A stretch of DNA of 64,000 nucleotides from an uncultured Veillonellaceae bacterium (GTDB lineage Bacteria > Bacillota > Negativicutes > JARBTT01), in the NCBI GenBank assembly GCA_963805085.1, contig CAWDTA010000005.1, positions 480,001-544,000 of the forward strand, written 5' to 3'. Made by a program: the position numbers and the translations under genes. Under the pieces are notes generated by a model, which was not told where the DNA came from, did no database searches, and saw only the letters and a program-made list of their open reading frames with translations. This document shows, piece by piece, positions 20,653-29,976 of the stretch (the stretch's first letter is position 1; the number at the start of each line of letters is the position of its first letter).

Positions 20653-21291
20653 ATGACTGAACAAAATGAATGCGAATCAGAGAGAGTTATCTCAACTACC
20701 GTAGATAGTTCTCTTACGATTAAACGACTATTTATCGTATGGCTGAAAATTGGTTTCACCTCGTTTGGGGGTGGAGCTATAACGCAATATCTTATTCAAG
20801 AGCACTTTATTTATAAGCGCAATTGGATAACTGCTGAAGAGTATGCTAACATCATAGGAATGTGCCAAATAACACCGGGTATTAACATCCTTGCATACAC
20901 CATCCTTATCGGTAAGCGCCTCGCTGGATGGCGGGGAATATTTGTCTCCTTGATGGGGCTTATCCTACCTAGTGCGGGAATTACCATTGGAATATCCGCA
21001 ATCTACGCCAGCATCAGTGAACTTCCCAAGGTACAATCTGCTTTGCGTGCAGTGTTTGCCGCTATCTTTGGTATCTCACTGGCCACTAACTGGCGAAACG
21101 CTAAACCTATCTTAGTAAGTAATTGTAAACGCGGATCATTGGCTCTTTTTGTTACAATAGCAATCATGATAGGGAGTGCTATGATTTACATATTTTTAAA
21201 TCCGCCAGTAATAGTCTTATATCTTTTGGGTGGACTATGTGGTGCACTCACTTATTGGTATGTTGCCAATAAGGCGCGGGAGGAGAAGTAG
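20653..21291 (+). CDS. Short-chain chromate (CHR) transporter, subunit 1
   Basis: KIGFTSFGGG and QITPG motifs. Confidence 0.85.
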   Translation: MTEQNECESERVISTTVDSSLTIKRLFIVWLKIGFTSFGGGAITQYLIQEHFIYKRNWITAEEYANIIGMCQITPGINILAYTILIGKRLAGWRGIFVSLMGLILPSAGITIGISAIYASISELPKVQSALRAVFAAIFGISLATNWRNAKPILVSNCKRGSLALFVTIAIMIGSAMIYIFLNPPVIVLYLLGGLCGALTYWYVANKAREEK

Positions 21292-21798
21292 ATGGATTGG
21301 ATTATATTCTTTTGGGTTGTTTTAAAGTCGATTCTGTTTTCGACGGGCGGATTTGGGCCTTTACCTAGTTTACACAATGATTTTATATCGAATGGATGGG
21401 CGAGTGAAAAACAATTCACCGAATCATTATCAATCGGACAGATTACCCCAGGACCAAATGGACTCTGGGTCGTAAGCCTATGTTATCTAGTTGCGGGATT
21501 ACCGGGAGCATTGCTAGCATGTATTGCACTGATATTGCCCCCATTATTAATTTTGATTGTGCAACGTTGCCATGCACGTATTGCCAATCATCCGGCAACA
21601 CAAGGTTTACTTGATGGGGTCGTGCTGGTCATCGTTAGTTTCAGTGTAATCGTTTTGGTTCAAATGTTTCATAGTAACGGGATTGATATAAGCATGCTGG
21701 CAATTGCCGTTATAAGTGCAGTCCTTGCAATATCAAGGCGCGTATCGGCCAACGTTATACTGGTGTTTGCCGCTGTGATCGGCTTGGTTTCGGGTTGA
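21292..21798 (+). CDS. Short-chain chromate (CHR) transporter, subunit 2
   Basis: STGG and GQITPGPN motifs. Its ATG directly follows the TAG of subunit 1. Confidence 0.85.
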   Translation: MDWIIFFWVVLKSILFSTGGFGPLPSLHNDFISNGWASEKQFTESLSIGQITPGPNGLWVVSLCYLVAGLPGALLACIALILPPLLILIVQRCHARIANHPATQGLLDGVVLVIVSFSVIVLVQMFHSNGIDISMLAIAVISAVLAISRRVSANVILVFAAVIGLVSG

Positions 21799-21968
21799 AC
21801 TTTGCATCAATTTTACAGAAAGATTATTTTTTATGGTCAAATATAAGAGCAATGAAAAAATAGTGAATATGAGAAAACTGAGATAAGAAGTAGAGCGATA
21901 TTGTCTAAATCGAGTAATAGGAAGGAATATAATGAGGGCATACAGAAATTATAAAGATGCATTGTCTT

Positions 21969-23060
21969 TTAAAGTGATTTAGAAAACTTTACGACCTCTA
22001 CAATAGAAGAGGGAGGAGTTCGATTTAAATCCAATAAAGAACCATCTGTTTTTTGTACAACTGGCTTCGCTGACATAAAGTATCCAAAACGCAGTACTTT
22101 GGCTTGTGAATGATCACTTAATAAAACGGTGGAGCCTACTAAACTGTCTAGGGCATATTGAATAAACTGTTTGCAATATTTGAGGTCAAAGTGCGTGAAG
22201 AGCTGCTTGATTAAGACATCTAATGCAGTAAATGGTGTGACACTTTTTTTGTAGACGCGATTTGAGGTTAAGCCATCGTACACATCGGCAATAGCAATGA
22301 TTTTGCCGAAGGGATGGATGTGGTGTTTGGAAAGACCAGCAGGATAACCACTACCATTTACGCGCTCATGGTGTTGCATAACGCCATATTTAATTGCAGG
22401 TGAAATTTTTGGGATGTTTTTTACCATGTAGTAGCTATGCAATGGGTGAAGTTTTAGTATATCCATCTCGTCTGTGGTTGGTTTACTTGGCTTGTCCAAA
22501 ATCGAACTTGGAATTTGTGATTTGCCAATGTCGTGCATGACACCCGCCAAGATCAAAGACTGGACAACCTGTTCTCCAAAACCGCATAATCGCCCAATCA
22601 GTCCGGCAATAATGCCGACATCTACCGCATGAAGATAGGTATAATCAATCGTGGATTTTAACCGATACAAATTAGCTAAGACGTTTTTCTCACAAATTAA
22701 TTGATATAAATCTTGATATGCCAATTGATGAAAGGTATGATAGGGTACTTGTTCGCTATTTCTCATGTACTCAAATATAGTACTAGCTAAAGTTGCCGCT
22801 TGGCTGTACTTTTCGAAAAAATCGAGAGAGTCTCTAGATTGAGTCTGAGAGCAGGGGCAGCCCTGACGTTCAAAAATTGTTTCCGATGGTGTGGAACGAA
22901 CATAAACAGAATTAATTTTCCACTTTTTCAGTAAATTAATCATGTGGCTAGTTAATTCAGTATTCTCTTGCAAAATGATTTTGTTATCACTGGATAGCAA
23001 TGGTTTCGCTGTAAATATTCCGGGGCGGATTGCATCTAGGTCAAGAACTGCATTTTCCAC
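21969..23060 (-). CDS. HD-GYP c-di-GMP phosphodiesterase
   Basis: HAVDV, HDIGK, HHERVNGSGYP, IADVYD..TSNRVYK. Confidence 0.92.
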   Translation of the reverse strand: MENAVLDLDAIRPGIFTAKPLLSSDNKIILQENTELTSHMINLLKKWKINSVYVRSTPSETIFERQGCPCSQTQSRDSLDFFEKYSQAATLASTIFEYMRNSEQVPYHTFHQLAYQDLYQLICEKNVLANLYRLKSTIDYTYLHAVDVGIIAGLIGRLCGFGEQVVQSLILAGVMHDIGKSQIPSSILDKPSKPTTDEMDILKLHPLHSYYMVKNIPKISPAIKYGVMQHHERVNGSGYPAGLSKHHIHPFGKIIAIADVYDGLTSNRVYKKSVTPFTALDVLIKQLFTHFDLKYCKQFIQYALDSLVGSTVLLSDHSQAKVLRFGYFMSAKPVVQKTDGSLLDLNRTPPSSIVEVVKFSKSL

Positions 23061-23186
23061 AGAGGATCACCTCGTATATCTGTAGTTAAATTTGTAAACT
23101 TTATTATTTGTGTAAATTCATTATAGCTCCTATAAGAACTATAGTCAAGGGAAATAGCACCTAATAAATCTATGTGGAGGATATAT

Positions 23187-23597
23187 ATGCTTAATAATGA
23201 TGCTGAAATTGAATATACCAATATCGGAAAGAGATTGCGCGAAGTACGTGGGAAATTATCACAGACAGCATTTGGAGAGCCAGTGGGATATAAATATAGT
23301 TATGTTAAAGACTGTGAACACGGGAAAAAACCTAGTTTAGAATATTTATTTAAGGTCTCTAATTATTATAGCGTTTCTTTAGATTGGTTGATAAAAGGAA
23401 TAGTGTCTATAAGAGCTAATGGGATTGGTGTTGATACTGAATTAGAAGAAATGTATGATGTTCTTAAAATTTTGATGCAAAACTCTGACACTAATTTGCG
23501 TGGATGGGCAATTGTGCAATTTCGTAAAGCGTTCGTAGAATATTTTCCTGTGGAAGATGGGAAATTTGATGATTTGAAAAATGAAGATAAGAAATAA
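23187..23597 (+). CDS. XRE-family HTH regulator
   Basis: IGKRLREVR..LSQTAF...EHGKKPSLEYL..VSLDWLIKG. ATG 23187 follows GGAGG. Confidence 0.85.
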   Translation: MLNNDAEIEYTNIGKRLREVRGKLSQTAFGEPVGYKYSYVKDCEHGKKPSLEYLFKVSNYYSVSLDWLIKGIVSIRANGIGVDTELEEMYDVLKILMQNSDTNLRGWAIVQFRKAFVEYFPVEDGKFDDLKNEDKK

Positions 23598-23770
23598 ACA
23601 ATAAGACTGTTTATCGTTGGAATGATAGGCAGTCTTATTGTTTATTTTTAGGATTATTTTAGAAAGAAAAATATTTACCAAATAATGTATAATTTAGCAG
23701 GTAAAAAATAAATGTTAGCGAAAGGATATAAAGTTATAATTTATTTGTTGAAATTTAGGAGGAAACCATC

Positions 23771-24598
23771 ATGAAAAAACACTTAATTACTATACTAGTT
23801 ATTGTATTTTTTTTACTTCCGACACAATACTGTTTTGCGGGTAATATTTTTGAAAATTTCAATGAAGGCTTAAGTAAAATCACAAAAAATATTCCTTCAA
23901 ATCAAAGGTCAGATACTTTAAATAAACAGTCTGTAACTACAAAACAAGCAACGCCGAATCAATTAGGCAATGCGACATTGAATGCATTATTGTGTAGGTC
24001 AGTTAGCCTTAATAGTGTGGATTTAGATATGGCAAATGATGCTTTACACCGCGGTGCTAATCCAAATTATACTGAAAGTGGATATTTTACTGGAACACCA
24101 TTTTTGGAAACAATATATCAAAGAAACTTAGAAGCGGTAAATTTATTTATTTCCTATGGTGTGGATGTCAATATGAAAATTTTTCAAAATAACGGAGACA
24201 ATACTCCTTTATATGATGCAATAAATACTGGCTCGTTTGAAATAGTAAAAACATTAGTGGAAGCTGGCGCAAATATTAACACTCCATTATCTTTACGTAT
24301 CTCAGATGGATGGACTGAAATGGTTGCATTTTCTTATAAAGACATGAATAATCAAACAAATGCGGATATTTTCGATTATTTAGTATCAAAGGGAGCTAAT
24401 GTTAATGTAAAAAATAAATATGGAATGACTCTTTTAATGTCTAGTGCTAATAATGGCAATTTAATTTTAACCCAAAAATATTTAGAGCTAGGACTTGATC
24501 CAAATAAACGTAATGATGATGGAAAAAGAGCATTAGATTTTGCAATAAAATCAGGTAATAAAGAGTTGATAAACACTTTATTACCAATTACGAATTAA
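23771..24598 (+). CDS. Secreted/periplasmic ankyrin-repeat protein
   Basis: Signal peptide ending CFA-G, and repeats GANPN, GVDVN, TPLYDA..G..EIVKTLVEAGANIN, GANVNVKNKYGMTLL. Confidence 0.88.
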   Translation: MKKHLITILVIVFFLLPTQYCFAGNIFENFNEGLSKITKNIPSNQRSDTLNKQSVTTKQATPNQLGNATLNALLCRSVSLNSVDLDMANDALHRGANPNYTESGYFTGTPFLETIYQRNLEAVNLFISYGVDVNMKIFQNNGDNTPLYDAINTGSFEIVKTLVEAGANINTPLSLRISDGWTEMVAFSYKDMNNQTNADIFDYLVSKGANVNVKNKYGMTLLMSSANNGNLILTQKYLELGLDPNKRNDDGKRALDFAIKSGNKELINTLLPITN

Positions 24599-24633
24599 AA
24601 GATAAAGTTTCGCCCTATTTTATCCCATTCCAC

Positions 24634-24673
24634 CAAATCACTAGAAACTTTCTACCTCGCCATGATAAAATAA
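24634..24673 (+). repeat. Repeat family 1, degenerate 5' (promoter) fragment G
   Basis: caaatcactagaaa...catgataaaataa, most similar to copy F at 52231. Confidence 0.45.
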
Positions 24674-24734
24674 ATCATAGAACTATTTAATAGAAATTTA
24701 TCTTAATATTTATTGCTTAAAGGAGGTTTTATTC

Positions 24735-25241
24735 ATGATTAAATATATGCTTAAAGATTGGATGTTCAACAAACTTATCCCATGGTTTATAAAACACATT
24801 TGGCCTGAGATCAATAGAGCGATTAAGGTTTATGTCATCGAAAATGGTGCTAAGTTGCTAAAACTTATCATGGAACTCATCAAAGATGTGTACAATAAGT
24901 GGTCTGAAAACACAAAGCTTAAGCAAGAACATGCAAAGCGGAAGTATGAAGAAGCTTGCCTACAACTTTCTGAAGCAAAAAGCCCGGCAGATGTAGATAA
25001 ATATAAAGCGATAGCTGAAGTTTGGCGTGAGGTTTTTGAACAATATAGATACCAAAATGACCAATTGAAAGAGGAATTGGCACATGCAAAAAATATGGTG
25101 GAAGATTTATCACGAAAAATGGAAAATGATGTAGAAAAAGATGTGGATCATTTGGATGTAGATGGCATCATGAAATCAAAGGCGAGTTCATTGCCCGCGC
25201 TTCCTATGCCTTTAGGAAAGAATGAAAACGAGATCAAATGA
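24735..25241 (+). CDS. Hypothetical coiled-coil protein
   Basis: 168 aa, RBS AGGAGG, aromatic amphipathic N-terminus followed by a heptad-rich helix. Confidence 0.7.
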   Translation: MIKYMLKDWMFNKLIPWFIKHIWPEINRAIKVYVIENGAKLLKLIMELIKDVYNKWSENTKLKQEHAKRKYEEACLQLSEAKSPADVDKYKAIAEVWREVFEQYRYQNDQLKEELAHAKNMVEDLSRKMENDVEKDVDHLDVDGIMKSKASSLPALPMPLGKNENEIK

Positions 25242-25262
25242 TACCTGTCTTTGTTTTAAAAA

Positions 25263-25433
25263 TATCAAATCACTGAAAAATTTGCAGATTGGGATAGTAT
25301 TATATAATGCTCCAAGGAAATGAACGGAAAAAATTTATTTATTGATGAGAGAAATTGAAGAAGACATAGCTAACATGATGACGAGGATCAATGTTAGCTA
25401 TGTCTTTTGTTTTAATAAATTTTCAGAGAATCG
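25263..25433 (+). repeat. Repeat family 1, full copy A (promoter-like 5' part, 16 bp-arm hairpin at 25361-25406)
   Basis: tatcaaatcactgaaaaatttgcagattgggatagtattatataatgctcc...aagacatagctaacat-gatgacgaggatca-atgttagctatgtctt. Aligns end to end with 30694-30872. Confidence 0.9.
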
Positions 25434-25551
25434 TACATTTATTTCAGTAATTTACCAGGTGCTATTTTTTGGTAGTTTTTAAATTAGCGATTAAAGTATC
25501 CTCGTTTTAATCAAACGGTTTGGCAGAAATTTTTGCGCATTTCTAGATTTT

Positions 25552-26454
25552 TTAACCAAATTGATGATAATTTAATTTAGTTTGTTCTAAAAAATTTAAA
25601 ATGGTTGGAGAAAGCCACTTGTCTTTATGATAGGCAATTTGAGTGAAAACTGGTAAGGGAGGTTGATTCCATGGAATTTCAAACAGTAGTTTTTGAGCAA
25701 TTTCATACTCGGCTGTAATACGCGGTAAAATAGTGATCCCTAACCCACTCATAACAAGTTGTTTGATAGCCTGAATATTGTTAATTCCAATAATAGATCG
25801 GGGCTGAATGTTTGCATCTTTTAGAAGGTCATCAATCATTGAACGATAGGTGCAATTTTCTTGCGTCATTATTATGGTTTCGTTTTTAAAATCATCAATA
25901 TTGACTGATGTATATGAGTTGAAGTGGTGGTCAGGTGAAGTGACCGCAACGACAGGTTCGGCGAGTAAAGTTTCAGTAATTAGATCAGGATAGCCAAGTT
26001 CGCGGGTTAAAAAAAGGGCGATATCGACTGTATTATTTTGAATATGTTCATGAATATCCTTAACAGATCCAAATTTTAAGCTAATATCAACAGTTGGATA
26101 CTTCTGTATAAAACCTTTGAGTATTAAAGGTAAACGAGCAACACTAAAAGATTCATTGGCGCCAATTATAATCTTTCCAGACAAGTTTCTCTTAGAAGAA
26201 ATTACGGAGATAGCTTCGCTAGAAAATTTCAATATATTTTCAGCATAATAGAGCAACTGTTTACCTTCTTGAGTAAGCTTAATTTTATGTCCTAGTCTTT
26301 CAAACAATTTCACATTAAACTCTTTTTCTAATAATTGAATATGTGTAGTAACGGTAGGCTGTGCATATCCTAGGAGTTTAGAAGCATGACTGAAATTACC
26401 TGTTTTCGCTATCGTAGAAAAAGTTTTTAAATGTTTAATATCTATATAAAACAC
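25552..26454 (-). CDS. LysR-family transcriptional regulator
   Basis: NFSHASKLLGYAQPTVTTHIQLLEKEFNVKLFER HTH and GLGITILP. Confidence 0.95.
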   Translation of the reverse strand: MFYIDIKHLKTFSTIAKTGNFSHASKLLGYAQPTVTTHIQLLEKEFNVKLFERLGHKIKLTQEGKQLLYYAENILKFSSEAISVISSKRNLSGKIIIGANESFSVARLPLILKGFIQKYPTVDISLKFGSVKDIHEHIQNNTVDIALFLTRELGYPDLITETLLAEPVVAVTSPDHHFNSYTSVNIDDFKNETIIMTQENCTYRSMIDDLLKDANIQPRSIIGINNIQAIKQLVMSGLGITILPRITAEYEIAQKLLFEIPWNQPPLPVFTQIAYHKDKWLSPTILNFLEQTKLNYHQFG

Positions 26455-26605
26455 TCCTTTTACTGCGTATTATAATTTATAATTAAGTTTATTACAACTA
26501 TCAATTTTACAAATACTGTTTCACATAGTATATTTGATTAAAGACTATATTTATTTAATGAAATATTTACAGTAAAGGAAATAAAACGGAAAATGGAGTG
26601 ATAAA

Positions 26606-27451
26606 GTGGATAAGCAAAAGTTAATAAAAATGGCATCATACTTTGTTGAAAACTCAGAAGATAATTACATAGCAAAGCAGATTGCCATTAATGAAGATGT
26701 GGTGGGAATGAAGATTTTTGAAGAACCAATTTTTGCGTTTGGGTCTCCAGATGATCAGTATTTTACATTGTTTAAAGAACAATCTGCAATTGGAAATCAT
26801 TTTATGCATCCCAAAGAATGGTTACCACAGGCGAAAACTGTGATCTCTTTTTTCTTACCATTTAGCCAAGCTGTTAAAAAGGGCAATAATCAAGATATGT
26901 CATGGCCTTCGGAGGAATGGTTACACGGACGTATTGAAGGGCAAACTTTTTTAAATAAATTATGTATGCATTTGCAATCAGAATTGATAAATGCAGGATA
27001 TCCTAGTCTTATTCCATCCTTAGAGGAAAGATTTTGGTCTAAAGCTGGATTCAATAGCAATTCACCGCATCCAGAAGTTTCCTTTACAAGCACATGGTCT
27101 GAACGGCATGCGGCCTTTGTGTGTGGCCTTGGAACCTTTGGACTTTCTAAAGGGCTTATAACTTCAAAGGGTATAGCAGGAAGATTTGGTAGTATCATCA
27201 CATCATTATATTTGCCACCTGATAAAAGAGAGTATGAAGAAATCTATGAATATTGTTCAATGTGTGGTGCATGTATAAAAAAATGCCCGGTCAATGCAAT
27301 TTCAATAGAAAAGGGTAAAAATCACATAATTTGCTCTAAGTTTTTGAATCAAACGGCTGAAAAATATAAGCCTAGATATGGCTGTGGAAAATGCCAGGTA
27401 GGTGTACCTTGTGAGAGTAGAATCCCTAAACAATGCCTAAAAACGCTGTAA
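26606..27451 (+). CDS. QueG-like 4Fe-4S protein
   Basis: WSERHAAFVCGLGTFGLS, CSMCGACIKKCP, CGKCQVGVPC. Divergent from LysR. Confidence 0.82.
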   Translation: MDKQKLIKMASYFVENSEDNYIAKQIAINEDVVGMKIFEEPIFAFGSPDDQYFTLFKEQSAIGNHFMHPKEWLPQAKTVISFFLPFSQAVKKGNNQDMSWPSEEWLHGRIEGQTFLNKLCMHLQSELINAGYPSLIPSLEERFWSKAGFNSNSPHPEVSFTSTWSERHAAFVCGLGTFGLSKGLITSKGIAGRFGSIITSLYLPPDKREYEEIYEYCSMCGACIKKCPVNAISIEKGKNHIICSKFLNQTAEKYKPRYGCGKCQVGVPCESRIPKQCLKTL

Positions 27452-27456
27452 TAGTC

Positions 27457-27614
27457 TATTGATGAAAGAAATTGAAGAAGACATAGCTAACATGATGACG
27501 ATGAGGTGACCCCTATAAGTTAGACCTAAATCTAACTTATGGGGGTCAGTTCAGAGGGTCAATATTAGCTATGTCTTCTTTTTTATAAAATACCAGAGGG
27601 ACGGACTTTATTTT
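27457..27614 (+). repeat. Repeat family 1, 3' copy C with a MITE in the hairpin loop
   Basis: tattgatgaaagaaattgaagaagacatagctaacatgatgacga-[52 bp]-gagggtcaatattagctatgtcttc. Confidence 0.88.
27502..27553. mobile_element. 52 bp ends-only MITE with IS3-family (IS150-like) terminal inverted repeats
   Basis: TGAGGTGACCCCTATAAGTTAGA-cctaaa-TCTAACTTATGGGGGTCAGTTCA: 23 bp IRs with 20/23 match and TG...CA ends. Absent from repeat copies A and B. GA is duplicated at the junctions. Confidence 0.8.
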
Positions 27615-27651
27615 AAGATAGGTTTAAAATTGAAAAGATAGAGTAAGTCTT

Positions 27652-28302
27652 TTAGAGTGGACTGCTTGCGAATCTGGAACCCATCATGAAGGCTTTCTCA
27701 CAGTCTTTCGGGAAAATTTCCTGAAGGTGTTTTGCCTTTTCGGGCTCACTAAAAGCGGAGGTAATATATTTGGAGTAATCAGTGAACTGGTAGGTATCCG
27801 TAGATAATAGCGATTCTGAAGCACCGAAGATTCTCTTGAAATAATCTTCATTCGTAAGAAAAAGTCTATCATAGCCGCGTTCTTCGAGCATAGATTCTTT
27901 GATATTCATTGTGTAGATAAATCCGATTGGCTTCTTTTTCGTAACGAGTGAAGAGTAGTTTTCATCGTATACTAGGTACGGAAATAACATCCGTTCCATT
28001 AAAGATCTTATCTCACCAGTAAGATTGCTGAGGTAAATGGGAGAGCCGAGAATAACAGCATCGGCATTACTTATTTTTTCTAGGACAGGACTCAGATCAT
28101 CTTGATAAGCACATTTGCCATAACTTTTTCCGCCTGTTAATTTGCAGGCGAAGCAGCTTATGCAGCCTTTATAGGTTAGATCGTAAAGATGAATGAGTTC
28201 AGTGGTAGCTCCTTGGGAAGCTGCGCCTTCCAGTGCTTTATTTAATAGCGTTGCTGTATTTCGATTTTTTCTCGGACTTCCGTTTATCGCTAATATATGC
28301 AT
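27652..28302 (-). CDS. Flavodoxin-family / iron-sulfur flavoprotein
   Basis: INGSPRKNRNT, CISCFAC...C, GSPIY motifs. Confidence 0.88.
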   Translation of the reverse strand: MHILAINGSPRKNRNTATLLNKALEGAASQGATTELIHLYDLTYKGCISCFACKLTGGKSYGKCAYQDDLSPVLEKISNADAVILGSPIYLSNLTGEIRSLMERMLFPYLVYDENYSSLVTKKKPIGFIYTMNIKESMLEERGYDRLFLTNEDYFKRIFGASESLLSTDTYQFTDYSKYITSAFSEPEKAKHLQEIFPKDCEKAFMMGSRFASSPL

Positions 28303-28372
28303 GTTTCATACCTCCACTTATTTTTTTGCTTGATTGCTTTCTTTAAATTATATACTAGTTGATTTAAAAAGA

Positions 28373-28413
28373 AAGTATGCACTTTTATGTAAGATACTAT
28401 ACAAAAAGAAAGT
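28373..28413. promoter_or_regulatory. Putative HxlR-family operator upstream of the flavodoxin gene
   Basis: aagtatgcacttttatgtaagatactatacaaaaagaaagt resembles the AAGTAxGCAC/TACT arrays I recall between HxlR genes and divergent flavodoxins. Confidence 0.45.
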
Positions 28414-28580
28414 AAAGATTGTATTTTGAGTATCTTTGCTTATTTTTGTATAGAAATATAATGACCAAATTGTGGAATTTTTTTTACTGATTAAGTAATA
28501 TTATTAAAATTATAATTGACAAATTATATATAACTTTGCTAATATGAAGATGAAATTAATTCCATTTTGGAGGACATGAT

Positions 28581-29141
28581 ATGGCTTTGCATCATACATT
28601 ATTGGGTTTATTATCATATAAGCCTATGACAGGTTATCAAGTTAAACAGATGTTCGAATCCTCAATTATTCATTTTTGGAATGCCCATATGAGTCAGATA
28701 TATCGAGAACTCAGTCATATGGAGGAAAAAGGATGGGTGACTTTCCAAATAGAGCCGCAGGAAGGTAAACCTGATAAAAAGATTTATTCGATTACGCAAG
28801 AGGGGACAAAAGTATTTATTGGCTGGTTGCGAGAGTTCCCTGATAATCCAGAAGAAATTGTTCGAAGTGAATTTTTGGCGCGAATTTTTTTTGCCTCGCG
28901 TCTTAATTTGCCAGATTTAGCATACGAACTTAGACGCTTTGTGCGTAAACAGCAAGCGCAATTTGATGCGTATAGAGAGTGTGAAGAGCATATTAGAAAA
29001 CATCAAACAAGTGGAGATAATGAAGCTTTATTTTGGCATATGACATTACGAAAAGGGGTCAAGTCAACCGAAGCAGCAATTGAATGGGGGCAAGAATGCT
29101 TAGAATTATTAGAAAAAATGGAAAAGAAAACGGTTGAATAA
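28581..29141 (+). CDS. PadR-family regulator
   Basis: LLGLLSYKPMTGY...FWNAHMSQIYREL...KPDKKIYSITQEG. TTGACA-17-TAATAT promoter upstream. Confidence 0.92.
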   Translation: MALHHTLLGLLSYKPMTGYQVKQMFESSIIHFWNAHMSQIYRELSHMEEKGWVTFQIEPQEGKPDKKIYSITQEGTKVFIGWLREFPDNPEEIVRSEFLARIFFASRLNLPDLAYELRRFVRKQQAQFDAYRECEEHIRKHQTSGDNEALFWHMTLRKGVKSTEAAIEWGQECLELLEKMEKKTVE

Positions 29142-29196
29142 AATATGTTTATTCATGGTGAATGCCATAGGATAAAAAATGAGAGGAGACAAGAAA

Positions 29197-29919
29197 ATGA
29201 AAATTGTGGTTATTAATGGTAGTCCGAAGGGGGAGGCTAGCAATACGAATGTAATGGTTAGTGCGTTTTTAAAAGGAGCACAAGAGGCAGGGGCAGAAAC
29301 AGAAAATATCTTTTTAGCAGAAAAGGAAGTAAAGCACTGTAAAGGTTGTTTTTGCTGTTGGCTTAATACTCCTGGTCAATGCGTGATAGAAGATGATATG
29401 GCAGAAATATTGTCTGTTTGCGAAGGGGCAAACATTTTCGTGCTGGCTACACCAATGTATCTTGATAATATCTCGAGTATGTTGAAGGCTTTTATGGATC
29501 GTACGATCGTAAAAAGTAACCCTCATTTTCAGAAAGATGCAAATGGAGAATGCCGACACTTAAAAAATACAGAGACTCCTTCTCCAAAACTAGTTATGAT
29601 ATCTAACTGTGGCTTTTCTGAAAGATCACATTTTCAAGTAATCTCTCACTGGATTGAGAGAGTAGCGCTTAATATGAAGACAGAAGTAATTGGAGAATTT
29701 TATGCGGCACAAGGAGGTCTGTTAAATACTAACGCCGAAGAATTACGACCAATCATTTCTGAGTATTTGAAAAATATGAAAAATGCAGGAAGAGAAATTG
29801 TTGTAGACAATAAGATATCAGAAGAAACTAAAAAGTTATTGGAACGAAATTTTATTCCAGATGAAATCTATATTGAAAAAGCAAATTCTCATTTTGATAC
29901 AGTCTTAAATAAAAACTAA
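29197..29919 (+). CDS. Flavodoxin-family / iron-sulfur flavoprotein
   Basis: INGSPKG..SNT, CKGCFCCW..TPGQC, ATPMY. ATG 29197 follows GAGGAG. Confidence 0.88.
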   Translation: MKIVVINGSPKGEASNTNVMVSAFLKGAQEAGAETENIFLAEKEVKHCKGCFCCWLNTPGQCVIEDDMAEILSVCEGANIFVLATPMYLDNISSMLKAFMDRTIVKSNPHFQKDANGECRHLKNTETPSPKLVMISNCGFSERSHFQVISHWIERVALNMKTEVIGEFYAAQGGLLNTNAEELRPIISEYLKNMKNAGREIVVDNKISEETKKLLERNFIPDEIYIEKANSHFDTVLNKN

Positions 29920-29976
29920 AGAGAACGGTATTTTTGATGAATGATCAGATTCGTAAATAACTTTGATGAGCTATGA

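Noticed and set aside
25307-25345. Tiny ORF MLQGNERKKFIY* in repeat A (MLRENEQMSGKFIY* in copy B)
   Set aside because: The ATG overlaps the putative -10 box, there is no RBS, and it is not conserved in copies D and E.
25361-25406. Integron attC-like reading of the repeat hairpin (CTAAC...GTTAG)
   Set aside because: Only 18 nt separate AAC and GTT, there are no L boxes, it is shorter than known attC sites, and there is no integrase in the window.
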